Below, piece after piece: positions 51,646 to 61,441 of a DNA stretch of 64,000 nucleotides. The stretch is from Longimicrobiales bacterium (GTDB taxonomy: Bacteria > Gemmatimonadota > Gemmatimonadetes > Longimicrobiales > Gaopeijiaceae): positions 960,001 to 1,024,000 of the forward strand of contig OZ250165.1 in the NCBI GenBank assembly GCA_965238005.1. Reading direction: 5' to 3'. Every line of letters starts with the position of its first letter. Positions within the stretch are counted from its first letter, which is position 1. The translations under genes and the position numbers were made by a program. The notes beneath the pieces are model-generated. The model was not told where the DNA came from. It saw nothing but the letters and a program-made list of their open reading frames with translations, and made no database searches.

Positions 51646-52773
51646 CTAGGTCAGGTGGCTGCTGCTGGCTCCGGCATGCGTCCACTCCGTTTCGGTGACG
51701 CGAGGCTCTTCCACACTGAGGTCGCCGCCGGCAACCGCCTTGCCCGCCTCGCGCCAGGCTGCGGTCCCACCTTTGACACTCGCCACCTGCCCGATGCCCA
51801 TCTGCACCAGAAACTGGGCAGCCCGGAGTGAACGCATCCCGCCTTGGCATATGGTGATCACGAGGCGGTCCCGCGGCACCTCGTCCAGCCGTGAGGCCAG
51901 GTCTGCCTGGGGAATGTTAATCGCGTCGGGCACGTGTCCGTGTTGGTACTCCTCTGGTTCGCGCACGTCCAACATGAGCGCTTCTGGTGGACGAGTTTCC
52001 AATACATCGATACTGATCTCGTTGACCGCAGGGTTGGTAGCCAACATGGCCCACGGCACGTCGGCAACACCCCGGTTGGTCGCCTCAATAGCAGTCATGT
52101 TCAGAGGCCGGGCGGGTACGGTGTCCAAGAGGGTTGCAACAAAGGCATCGCGATTCAGGCGGGCCAATGGGTTGTACAGCCGCTCAAAGCCGATGGTGGT
52201 GTTGGGTCGGCCACACATCCCTCTGCCACATGGTCCCTCAAAGTGACCGGGGAAGACCGCCACCCAGTCAGGCAGCTCGAGCAAGCGAATCACGCTGTTA
52301 TACTGAGCAGTGGCATCACCGCCCCCAAAGTCGGGCCGGCCGACGTCACCGACAAGCAGCGAATCACCCGTCAGCACCATCGACGGCTCCGGGCTGCGGG
52401 GCGGGTTAATGATCAGGACCGAGATCAGCTCCTGGCGATGCCCGGGCGTGTGCATCACGCGTAAACGCAGCTGCCCCATCACCAGCTCTTCTCCGTCCTT
52501 GAGTGGCCGAAACGGATAGACGACCTGTGCCGACTCGTGCAGGCACAACTCGGCCCCATGGTCCGCCGGAAGCTTGCGCGCTCCCGACACGTGGTCCGCG
52601 TGCACGTGCGTATCGATCACGTAGCGCAACTGAAAGTTGCGCTCGCGCAACAGTTCTTCGTACTGCTGCGTCTCGATTGACGGATCGACGATCGCCGCCT
52701 CCTGCGACTGCCGAGACGCTACCAGATAGGACGCGCAACCACACCGTTCATCGAGGCTCTGCTTAAAATACAT
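51646..52773 (-). CDS. Persulfide dioxygenase-like MBL hydrolase fused to rhodanese
   Basis: THVHADH, HTPGH and TGDSLLVGDVGRPD; rhodanese DVREPEEY..GHVP and CQGGMRS. Confidence 0.9.
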   Translation of the reverse strand: MYFKQSLDERCGCASYLVASRQSQEAAIVDPSIETQQYEELLRERNFQLRYVIDTHVHADHVSGARKLPADHGAELCLHESAQVVYPFRPLKDGEELVMGQLRLRVMHTPGHRQELISVLIINPPRSPEPSMVLTGDSLLVGDVGRPDFGGGDATAQYNSVIRLLELPDWVAVFPGHFEGPCGRGMCGRPNTTIGFERLYNPLARLNRDAFVATLLDTVPARPLNMTAIEATNRGVADVPWAMLATNPAVNEISIDVLETRPPEALMLDVREPEEYQHGHVPDAINIPQADLASRLDEVPRDRLVITICQGGMRSLRAAQFLVQMGIGQVASVKGGTAAWREAGKAVAGGDLSVEEPRVTETEWTHAGASSSHLT

Positions 52774-52961
52774 TGCTCTATCTCCTAGCTTGAATCGCTA
52801 GCTATCGAGAAGGCGTCCGTCGCCAAAAGTTTCTGAGGTGGACTAAAAACTGCAAACCTGGCCGTTTCAATCGGGCTATGATCTGATACCGTTGAGCGAG
52901 ATCAGGGTCGGCGCTGCTCGACCTTGAGAGCCGATTCCACTCGTCTGAGTTCCCAAGAAGG

Positions 52962-53186
52962 TTACCTATCAGTGGCGCTGTACAGCGTACCGTTCGTTAC
53001 CGTCACCGTCTGTTGCACGCTAGAACCGAAGTTCAGATCGATCTCACCCAAGTCCAGCGCCGGCGCGCTCACTCCGATGTCGGGGAAGGGCTCGGGACCT
53101 GACGGATCGTCGTCGTCGCAGCCCACGGCCAGTGCGGAGATCAGCAGCCAGGCGGATACGCGACGTACAATGGTTGGGTCGATCAT
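52962..53186 (-). pseudogene. Truncated lipoprotein
   Basis: Lipobox LAVGC then DDDDPSGP; ends after about 74 aa. Confidence 0.5.
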
Positions 53187-53245
53187 GATCTCACCTCTCT
53201 CGATGATTGGCTTTGTCAGTGGATTCTGGTACATGACTCGCCCCC

Positions 53246-53980
53246 TCATTGGCGGATGCTGGTGGTCGCCCATGCGAAGAACGTGTCCGAGAGTCCGATT
53301 CCCAGTGCTCCGGCCACCATCGACTTGGGCATCTCCACGACGATCGCCAGGACGTTCAGGCCCGCGAGGTCGTCCATGCCGGGGTCCGCGAACGAGAGCG
53401 TCTGCTCGTCGGCGCTTCCGACCAGCTCGCCCAGAACGCCGGAGAACACGGCATTGAGCACGCTCGTGAGGCTCTTGTCGCCGAACAGATCGATGAAGAA
53501 GGGGTCGTCACGCGGCCCCGCGAACACGGTCATGCCTTGGGCCGAGAAGGTCGTGTTGAATGCGCCTCGAGCCGACGGGGCGGCCGCGAGCATGTTGTTG
53601 GCGGTTCCGATCACTGCGGCCGGGACGGGGCCTCGCACGTCGACCATCTGGCCCGTGCCCTCTCCCGAGACCAGGATCTGGATCACCGCGTCCTCGATTC
53701 CGTCGCGCTCCCGGTCGAGCTTGAACTGGTACAGACCGCTCGGGTTGAAGGCGGCGCCCGACGTGGACTCACCCGGCGTGAGCAGTGGGCTTACGGTCAT
53801 CGCGAAGACGACGTTGTCCCCCTGGTTGAAGACGTAGAGGTCGTTTACGTCGAGATTGCCCTCTGAGGTGTCGGGTGAGTCGGCGTGGTCCGCCGCCCGG
53901 ATCACCACGTGTCCGGCGAGCAACCCCACGACCGCAAGAGCGGTCACGAGGGCCCGGTGTCGACTTTCAGATTTGGTCAT
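53246..53980 (-). CDS. DUF4331 family exported protein
   Basis: ADHADSP, DVNDLYVF, FAGPRDDPFFID and NVLAIVVEMP. Confidence 0.88.
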   Translation of the reverse strand: MTKSESRHRALVTALAVVGLLAGHVVIRAADHADSPDTSEGNLDVNDLYVFNQGDNVVFAMTVSPLLTPGESTSGAAFNPSGLYQFKLDRERDGIEDAVIQILVSGEGTGQMVDVRGPVPAAVIGTANNMLAAAPSARGAFNTTFSAQGMTVFAGPRDDPFFIDLFGDKSLTSVLNAVFSGVLGELVGSADEQTLSFADPGMDDLAGLNVLAIVVEMPKSMVAGALGIGLSDTFFAWATTSIRQ

Positions 53981-54119
53981 TTGGATCCAACCCTTTCCAT
54001 GCGAAGAACTAAAAACGGGCGCGAGACTTCATCGTCTCTACGCCCGTCGCCGCGAGTCGGATTGGTCTGGTGTGTGGAGAGAGCTCGGGGAGTCGCGGGA
54101 TCGCCGCCCCGTCCTCAGA

Positions 54120-54899
54120 TCAGGGCGCCGCGGACCATGCGCCGACCAGGAACGGTGTGGACGTCGGCTGGGGCGATCCGCCGGCGGGCTCCTCGGTGAC
54201 GGCCCCGAGCTCGAACTCGAAGCCTTCCGGCACCGGGCTTCGGAAGATCGCCGTCCCGTCGGCTCTCGTCTGGAAGGTGCCGAGGCTCACCGGGTCGAGG
54301 CCGGTCACGATCCCCCAGAGCTGATAGGTGCGGCCTGCCGGGGCCGGCGGTAGGTCGAACGCCGCCACCACCACCGAGCTGATGGTGGTGTTCCAGAACA
54401 GACGGGCGGACGGGGGTCGACCGGTGGCCGCCAGCGTCGCCGTTCGCACGTCGGGCCCGAGGAACGTCGCGAGGAGGGAATCGCGGGCTTCGAGATCGGA
54501 TGCCACCCGGTCGTAGGCGACTCGCAGCGTGGCGTTCTCCGTTCGCATCCGCTGATAGGCCGTCCCGAGACCCAGACTGACGATGACTCCGGCCGCCGCG
54601 AGCAGCCAGGGGAGCGCCGTCCCCCGCCCTTTCGATCCCCTCGGGCCCTGCTGCGCAGGCGATGGCGGTGACGCCGGTCGGCCTCGGGCCTCGACCAGAA
54701 TGCGCTCCTTCAGCGCCGCGGGCGGCTCGCGGGCGGGCGTCGCCCCGGCAAGGGCGCCCATGACTTCCCGATAGGACTCTACATCGCGCTCGAGCTCGGG
54801 ATCTGAGGCGAGGTGCTGCTCGAACGAGGCCAGCTCCTCGGGATCCAACGAGCCCAGGACGTAGGCCGCGGCCATCTCCGTCCAATCCCTCGGGCTCAC
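54120..54899 (-). CDS. RskA-like anti-sigma factor
   Basis: AAAYVLGSL, TM helix, YQLW and AVTEEPAGGSPQPT. Confidence 0.9.
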   Translation of the reverse strand: MSPRDWTEMAAAYVLGSLDPEELASFEQHLASDPELERDVESYREVMGALAGATPAREPPAALKERILVEARGRPASPPSPAQQGPRGSKGRGTALPWLLAAAGVIVSLGLGTAYQRMRTENATLRVAYDRVASDLEARDSLLATFLGPDVRTATLAATGRPPSARLFWNTTISSVVVAAFDLPPAPAGRTYQLWGIVTGLDPVSLGTFQTRADGTAIFRSPVPEGFEFELGAVTEEPAGGSPQPTSTPFLVGAWSAAP

Positions 54900-55501
54900 G
54901 ATTCCACCTCCGGGGCGTGGGGGGAGAGAGCCTCACGGAGCTTCTGCATTCCAGTGCGCACACGCGTCTTCACAGTACCCAGCGGCTCGGAGAGTCGAGC
55001 CGCGATCTCGGTCTGGCTGTAGCCGCCAAAGTAGGCGAGCAAGATGACCTCCCTCTGGGACTCCGGCAGCGCGTCGAGCGCCAGGCGCACGACGGCACCC
55101 GTTTCCCGGAGCTCGAACGCGCGATCCGGGGCTGGATCCGAAGCCGACAGGGTGACGGCCAGCCCGCTCTCGCTCCCGGCGGCAGCCCGGTCCTCCGCCG
55201 CGCCACGCCGCCGCCGGGCCCGCACCACGTCGAGCGCCCGGCTTCTGGTCACGACGGCGAGAAACGCTCCGACGGAGGCCCGACCCCGATCGTACTGGGG
55301 GGCCCCGCGCCAGATCTGCAGGAACGCGTCGGCCACGACCTCCTCCGCGTCCGCCGGCTCAGAGACGATGGATCTGGCGAGCGAGTACATCACCGCACCG
55401 TGGCGATCGTAGAGCTCGCCCAAGGCCCGATCGTGTCCCCCTCCGATCCGCTCCATCAAGTCGAGATCCGTCCCGCCTGCGTTCAACGTGCTAGTCGACA
55501 T
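54896..55501 (-). CDS. ECF sigma factor (SigK-like)
   Basis: LYDRH, AEEVVADAF and LAYFGGYSQTEIA..PLGTVKTR. Confidence 0.92.
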   Translation of the reverse strand: MSTSTLNAGGTDLDLMERIGGGHDRALGELYDRHGAVMYSLARSIVSEPADAEEVVADAFLQIWRGAPQYDRGRASVGAFLAVVTRSRALDVVRARRRRGAAEDRAAAGSESGLAVTLSASDPAPDRAFELRETGAVVRLALDALPESQREVILLAYFGGYSQTEIAARLSEPLGTVKTRVRTGMQKLREALSPHAPEVES

Positions 55502-55946
55502 GGCTCGCTGGAAGCTGCAGGCACCATCTGCGGACCCTCCGTCCAGACACCAGGCCGTGCGGGAAGCGCGCGGCGGTCTCTCGGTAGGCCGGTCCCGGGC
55601 CGGAACGAGTGTGTGACGCTGGGTCCCGAGCTCGGCTCCCCACAATGTCTCGGCCGCCTCGGAAAATGCAAGCGTCAGGTCCATGGCCCCCTCCACGAAA
55701 AGCTCGCTGGTGCAGTGTGCGCCGCCAATGGGATACGGCCATCGACGGACATTGGATTGGGGAGGTGACCCGAGCTGGTTCTACTGCAACAGTCTGTTGA
55801 TGACGTGTTTTGCGGCCACGTCCGCCCAGACGCCATCTGTGGGCACTTCCTCGAGCCAGGCAGCTGCCAACTCCGAGAATCGAGGTTGCTGGTTCATCCG
55901 TTCTTTTGTGTCATCTAGATTGGCCATGACTGCCCCCCTGACGCCC

Positions 55947-56696
55947 TTAACGATAATCCGGATTAGCGAAATCGAACCTGCAACCTGCGTCCCACGCCGA
56001 ACGCTGATTGCCATGGGCTGGAATCCCACCGGCGTCTTTGATCATACGTGCCAGGTGGAGCATGTTCCATGTCATGAAGGTTGTGTTGCGATTAGTGAAC
56101 TCGTTTTCCGGACCGCCTGATCCAGCGTCGAGGTACGAGGGTCCGGGGCCCGCTTCACCGAGCCAGCCCGCATCAGCCTGGGGTGGGATGACGAAGCCAA
56201 GATGTTGCAGTGAGTACAGAATGTTCATCGAGCAATGCTTGGCACCATCCTCGTTGCCTGTGATCAGGCAGCCACCGACGCGACCGTAGTAGGCGTACTG
56301 CCCGTCGCTGTTGAGCTGTCCGGATGCCGCGTACAGTCGTTCGATCACCTTGGTACAAACCGATGATTTCTCGCCCAGCCAGATGGGTGAGGTAATGACG
56401 AGGATCTCCGACCTCATCACCTTAGCGAGAATGGCGGGCCACGCATCGTCTTCCCAGCCATGTTCGGTCATATCCGGCCAGACGCCGTAGGCGATGTCAT
56501 AATCCACCGCACGCAGCACGTCTACGGATACGCCGATTTTCTCGAGGATGGCCCTGGAGATATCGATTAGCCCCTGCGTATGCGAGAGCTCTGGTGAGCA
56601 CTTCAATGTACAGTTGATGAATAACGCCCTCAGATCCGAGAAATCCCATTTGCTTGTCGAACACATTTCCAGTTGCTTGTCGTTCAACGTTGCCAT
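55947..56696 (-). CDS. Flavodoxin-fold NAD(P)H-dependent FMN reductase family protein
   Basis: NCTLK..SHT, SPIWLGEKSS and TGNEDG. Confidence 0.88.
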   Translation of the reverse strand: MATLNDKQLEMCSTSKWDFSDLRALFINCTLKCSPELSHTQGLIDISRAILEKIGVSVDVLRAVDYDIAYGVWPDMTEHGWEDDAWPAILAKVMRSEILVITSPIWLGEKSSVCTKVIERLYAASGQLNSDGQYAYYGRVGGCLITGNEDGAKHCSMNILYSLQHLGFVIPPQADAGWLGEAGPGPSYLDAGSGGPENEFTNRNTTFMTWNMLHLARMIKDAGGIPAHGNQRSAWDAGCRFDFANPDYR

Positions 56697-56846
56697 TTCG
56701 GTTCTCCTATTGTTGTCTGGGCGTCCCGGCGAAGGGCTTGTCACTCACTCTCGTTTGCCAGCCCTGCTTCCTCGAGGACCAACAGAACAACCAGGACGGA
56801 AGCTAGCCCGCGCGGTCCGAAACAACCAAGGAATTCAGACTCCGAC

Positions 56847-57509
56847 ATGACCCGCCGTACCAACCACCTGCCGGCCGACCTGTACACGTACCTGCTCGAG
56901 CACTCGGTCCGTGAGTCTGACGTGATGCGGCGGCTCAGGGAGGAGACCGCGACGCTCGCGAACTCCAACATGCAGATCGGACCCGAGCAGGGGCAGTTCA
57001 TGGCCCTGCTGGTCGAGCTCATCGGTGCCGAAAACGCTCTCGAGGTGGGCACGTTCACGGGGTACAGCGCCTTGGCGGTGGCCTCCGCGCTGCCCGGGCA
57101 CGGGCGGCTCGTGACGTGTGACGTGAGTGAGGAGTGGACCTCGATCGCCCGGCGCTACTGGGATGAGGCGGGGGTCGGCCACAAGATCGACCTTCGGCTG
57201 GCCCCGGCCACCGAGACCCTGGCCGCACTCCTGGCCGAGGGCGGGGAGGGTCGCTTCGATTTCGCCTTCATCGACGCGGACAAGGAAGGGTACGACGCCT
57301 ACTATGAGAGCGCGCTCAGGCTCGTGCGGCCGGGTGGACTCATCGCCATCGACAACACCTTGTGGGAGGGCAAGGTGGTCGATCCTTCGGTGACGGACGC
57401 GGACAGCCGGGCGATTCGCCGCTTGAACAGCAAGCTGGCCACCGACGACCGGATCTCGCTGAGCTTGGTACCCATCGGGGACGGGTTGTCGCTTACCAGG
57501 GTCCGGTAA
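56847..57509 (+). CDS. Class I SAM-dependent O-methyltransferase (caffeoyl-CoA OMT-like)
   Basis: MQIGPEQG, LEVGTFTGYS, FIDADK and DNTLW. Confidence 0.93.
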   Translation: MTRRTNHLPADLYTYLLEHSVRESDVMRRLREETATLANSNMQIGPEQGQFMALLVELIGAENALEVGTFTGYSALAVASALPGHGRLVTCDVSEEWTSIARRYWDEAGVGHKIDLRLAPATETLAALLAEGGEGRFDFAFIDADKEGYDAYYESALRLVRPGGLIAIDNTLWEGKVVDPSVTDADSRAIRRLNSKLATDDRISLSLVPIGDGLSLTRVR

Positions 57510-57722
57510 GCCGCGACGCCGCACAGGATCGACCGGGGAGGCGATCACCAGGGCGGCACCACTTCGTGCCGATCCGGCGCCCTCGAGGAGCACGGGAGTC
57601 CCTCTTCGGAGACGTATACGTATCTTTATATCGTGAGTATACGTACGACTTGAGCAGCGACTCGAGGAGGCTCAGGACAAGCTGATCATCGCGGGGACCC
57701 GGCTCTTGCCTTCAATTCGTGG

Positions 57723-57754
57723 CCATAATACCATATAACCATAACACCATATTG
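57723..57754 (+). promoter_or_regulatory. Four CCATA direct repeats at 8-bp period, putative RHH operator
   Basis: CCATAATA CCATATAA CCATAACA CCATATTG, about 25 bp upstream of the antitoxin ATG. Confidence 0.6.
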
Positions 57755-57778
57755 CACCGATCGCGACCGAAGGGTGGC

Positions 57779-58069
57779 ATGATCAAAATGACCTTCACGC
57801 TCGATGAGGACGCTGTGCGGCAACTCAACCGCGCCGCACTGCGCCTTTCCATGCCGAAGAGCCAGGTCGTGCGGGAGGCGCTGCGCGTATACGGCGAGGA
57901 GATCGGCCGTCTTTCCGAGGAAGAGCGTCAGAGCACGCTCGACCGATTCGACGAGGTAGTCCCGGTGATCCCGGACCGCCCGCGTGAAGAGGTGGAGCGA
58001 GAGCTGGCGGAGGTGCGGTCGTCCCGGCGGGGCGGAGGCCGCAAGACCGTGGCCGAGCCCGACTGTTGA
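57779..58069 (+). CDS. vapB: CopG/RHH antitoxin
   Basis: KMTFTLD...KSQVVREAL RHH pattern; TTGA overlap with the PIN toxin. Confidence 0.82.
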   Translation: MIKMTFTLDEDAVRQLNRAALRLSMPKSQVVREALRVYGEEIGRLSEEERQSTLDRFDEVVPVIPDRPREEVERELAEVRSSRRGGGRKTVAEPDC

Positions 58070-58452
58070 TCGTGCTGGACACGTCGGTCCTCATCGAAGC
58101 GCTGGGTGCGGGAGGCACGCTGGCACCCGCGCTTCGCAGTGTCTTCGCGGAGGGCGAGCGTGTCGGCCTTCCCACCCTGGTCGCTTACGAATGGCTCCGG
58201 GGTCCCAGAATCCCCGAGGAGCTTGAGGCACAACAGGCGCTCTTGCCCCTGGAGGACACCGTGCCCTTCGGGCCGCACGAGGCCACCCTCGCCGCGCATC
58301 TCTACGGCGAGGTAGCCAGGCCTCGTGGGCGGGAGATCGATCTCGCGATCGCGGCGTGTGCGATCTCATGGGGCGCGTCGCTCTGGACGCTCAACGAGCG
58401 CGACTTCGCCGACATTCCGGGGCTGAAGCTCAGGCTCGCACCGGGAAGCTGA
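58066..58452 (+). CDS. vapC: PIN-domain toxin
   Basis: IVLDTSVLI, YE, DLAIAA and TLNERDF. Confidence 0.92.
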   Translation: MIVLDTSVLIEALGAGGTLAPALRSVFAEGERVGLPTLVAYEWLRGPRIPEELEAQQALLPLEDTVPFGPHEATLAAHLYGEVARPRGREIDLAIAACAISWGASLWTLNERDFADIPGLKLRLAPGS

Positions 58453-58549
58453 GGGGCGGCTACGACGGAGCCTGCCCTAGGCCGTCGCACCGCCCGCGCA
58501 CCCGGCGATGACTCCGGCGGAGGCCATCCCGGCGGATGCCATACTCCGA

Positions 58550-59788
58550 CTACGTGGACATCCCCCGCGCCGCGATCCGCCAGACGGCCTCCACCCGGTC
58601 GTTCCGAATCGCATACATCTGGTCGTAGAGATTCACCACCGGGTCGCAGTGCGACACGATCAACTCGAGCTTGTCTCCGACACGGTACGTCCTCGAGGGG
58701 TCGTCGTAGCGGAGCGTTCCGAACTCGTCCGAGCCGGACGTGTAGCTCATCCCCGTCTCGCCTTTGACGATCGGCCATGGTCGATTGATCGTACACGCCT
58801 TGGCGCCCGCATCGGTCGTGACCCGTCCCTCGTACTGATCGTTGAGCACCGTCGTGAGGATCGTCAGAGAGGCCTGGAAGTCTGAGTACACCTCGGCGTC
58901 GGTCGCCCCACCGATCGCCATATACTGTGCATCCATGAAGACGTAGCTGCCCACTTGGACGTCGGTGATGCCCGGAGTCTCGTGGTCGATGTTGTATGTG
59001 CCGGTGCCCCCGCCACTGAAGATCTCCGTGTTCAGACCTGATCGCTGCATCAGGGCCAATGTCTCGGTGGCTGGCGCGAGTCGCTCGAGCGTCTGCGTCT
59101 TGCGGGCCTCGAACCCTTTCACATGCTGTGACCCGCCGTCGTAGCACAGCATGCCTCGCAGCCGGAGCCCAGGCAGCTGGTCGACCAACTGGGCCAATTC
59201 GAGAGCCGGCTCCCCCGCGTTGATGCCGGTGCGATGCCCCCCCGGGTCGACGTCGACCACGACGTCGGCCACTATGCCGGCGGCCTGCGCCGCCTCGGAC
59301 AGATCACGGGCGTTCCCAGGGGCATCGGTCGCCTGGACGAATCCGGGGCACCATTTCCTCAGACTCATCGCCCGGCTGATCTTGAACGGCGTCACATTGG
59401 TCGTCGTCAGGAGGATCTGGTCGATGCCATGCTCGAACATGGCTACCGCCTCGCTCACCTTGGCGGTGCAGATGCCGACCGACCCGCTCTCGACCTGGAG
59501 CCGGGCGATCGCGGGACATTTGTGGGTCTTCGCGTGAGGACGACTGGCTATGCCGTTACGCGAGACCGTCTGCTGCATCGTGGCCAGGTTGGCCTCGAGT
59601 GCATCGAGATCGACGCACAGAGCCGGTGTGTCGAGCTCCCATTTCGAAACGTCGAGCTCCATCACACCGGCCGAGCCGAGGGAGCGCATCTCGGCCGACG
59701 TGTACCCCTTCACCGACGTTGGAACCCAAATGGCTGCGGCACCGGCGCTCTGCAAGAAGCGGCGGCGGGACACGGAATTGCTGTTCAC
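58550..59788 (-). CDS. DSD1/D-threonine aldolase-like fold-III PLP enzyme with Tat signal
   Basis: SRRRFL; TPAL, RPHAKTHK, GGGTGT, GSYVFMD and HCDP; GGAG RBS before GTG 59788. Confidence 0.9.
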   Translation of the reverse strand: MNSNSVSRRRFLQSAGAAAIWVPTSVKGYTSAEMRSLGSAGVMELDVSKWELDTPALCVDLDALEANLATMQQTVSRNGIASRPHAKTHKCPAIARLQVESGSVGICTAKVSEAVAMFEHGIDQILLTTTNVTPFKISRAMSLRKWCPGFVQATDAPGNARDLSEAAQAAGIVADVVVDVDPGGHRTGINAGEPALELAQLVDQLPGLRLRGMLCYDGGSQHVKGFEARKTQTLERLAPATETLALMQRSGLNTEIFSGGGTGTYNIDHETPGITDVQVGSYVFMDAQYMAIGGATDAEVYSDFQASLTILTTVLNDQYEGRVTTDAGAKACTINRPWPIVKGETGMSYTSGSDEFGTLRYDDPSRTYRVGDKLELIVSHCDPVVNLYDQMYAIRNDRVEAVWRIAARGMST

Positions 59789-60149
59789 GGGACTTCTCCA
59801 GAAAGAAGCAATATCCTCCGTCTCGACGCGGCCGAGCGTCTTCACGTAGGCCGCAACACTCGAGACGCCGCTAGGATTGAGACCCGAGCGCGGCATCTCG
59901 GTACCACGGATGCTACGACGACCCGATGGATTCGACCAGGGATCTCTCCTGACGGTCGCCGCTCGGTCAGGAGGGGAAGGTGAGCCTCGACGACCGGCGA
60001 TTGGTGATGTTGATGTCGTTAGAGCCTTGCCCTCAGTGCGGCCAACGCCTGCCACGGGAAAGCCCCGATGAGCTGGCAGCTCACCGGGGCCACTGCAACG
60101 TCGCCAGATCCCTTACCGCCAGGCCTCGGACCAGGCGCGGGTTGGCTCC

Positions 60150-60620
60150 CTAGCTTGAAACGATACCGACCCTTGAGCGCTTCAGGTCTGGCTCCAGTAA
60201 GAGCTCGATCACTTGATCCGATTGCACCGAAAGCACTCTGGTCTCGATCCCGGCAGGCTCGAACACGCTCATTCCGAGACCGAACACTGGCAGGACCGGA
60301 TAGATCTTGAGCTGGACCGTGCCGTTTCCCCGGGCCAAGCCCGCGCGAATCGGCAGGTTCTTGACCGTCCAGCTGCCCACCCTGCCCACCAGGCGAAGGC
60401 GGTTGTGGGAATCGACCACGTACACGCTCACCGGGCGGGAGTGGTTGTTCACGACGTGGATCGTCGGGCCTGCCTCCGCGCCAGAGGCTACCACCCGCGG
60501 GACGACCCGGTCGAGTGTATCCGCATGAAGCGTCGTCGTCGCTACCGTAGCTACCAGCAGCGCCAACGCGGGCGTGATGCGTGAGATCATCTTCTTCATC
60601 CCCTTCATCATCCTTTTCAT
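60150..60620 (-). CDS. Hypothetical exported protein
   Basis: Signal peptide and beta-rich mature part; divergent from the sigma gene. Confidence 0.6.
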   Translation of the reverse strand: MKRMMKGMKKMISRITPALALLVATVATTTLHADTLDRVVPRVVASGAEAGPTIHVVNNHSRPVSVYVVDSHNRLRLVGRVGSWTVKNLPIRAGLARGNGTVQLKIYPVLPVFGLGMSVFEPAGIETRVLSVQSDQVIELLLEPDLKRSRVGIVSS

Positions 60621-60797
60621 CCTTGTCTAGAGTATTAGAGCGTCAGGACGCCTCGTCCTGTCGTTACCGAATGCTTCAGGCTGGCAATCGGGTTCCAAAG
60701 GCGAAGTGCGTCCGTCGCTGCATTGCGGTCCTCGCGATGTCGCACCAATCATTGACGTGCGCCGTTGGTACGATCCAGCGCTCCAGTCGTTGAGGGG

Positions 60798-61394
60798 ATG
60801 ATGACACACGACGACCACTTACTCATGGGTTGCCTCCAGGCAGGCGACGAACAGGCCATGTCGGTGCTCCTGGCGGAGCATTGGACGTCGGTGGTGAACT
60901 ATGCTTTCGGGTTCGTGGGAAGCTGGGACAAGGCCGAGGACGTGGCCCAGGACGCGTTCGTACGCATCTGGGAGGGGAGGAAGAAGTGGTCGCGCGGCTC
61001 CTTGGGAGCCTTGGTTCACCGCATCGCCAGGAACGCGGCACTGGACGTGCTGAAGTCACCCCGCCATTCGGCCCCACGCGAAGATCCCGACACGCTCTCC
61101 AGTGAAGCCACTCCCGATCGGGACGTCGAGCTGTCCGAGCTGGATCAGGCGGTGGACAGCGCCATACGAGAGCTCCCCCCGCGTCGCAGGGAGATCTTCA
61201 AGCTGGTGCGGAAGAGCGGGTTCTCTTACGCAGAGATCGCCGAGATCATGGGGATATCCAAGCAGACCGTCGCCAATCACATGAGCCTGGCCCTTAGCGA
61301 TCTGAGGGTCATGCTTCGCCCCTTCCTGCCGGAGCCGGCAGCGGAGGGCCCGGCGTCGCACGACACCGACACGACTACCACAGGCGAGGCGTAG
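60798..61394 (+). CDS. ECF sigma factor (FecI-like)
   Basis: AEDVAQDAF, ARNAALD and LPPRRREIF..SYAEIA..TVANHM. Confidence 0.92.
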   Translation: MMTHDDHLLMGCLQAGDEQAMSVLLAEHWTSVVNYAFGFVGSWDKAEDVAQDAFVRIWEGRKKWSRGSLGALVHRIARNAALDVLKSPRHSAPREDPDTLSSEATPDRDVELSELDQAVDSAIRELPPRRREIFKLVRKSGFSYAEIAEIMGISKQTVANHMSLALSDLRVMLRPFLPEPAAEGPASHDTDTTTTGEA

Positions 61395-61441
61395 CAGGTG
61401 CCTTCACTGAATACATCCGGCCGCTAGGCGCGGAGGTCACT

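Noticed and set aside
55600..55930. Short ORF(s) between the flavodoxin gene and the sigma factor
   Set aside because: No recognisable motifs and an internal stop; possibly a remnant, but not supportable.
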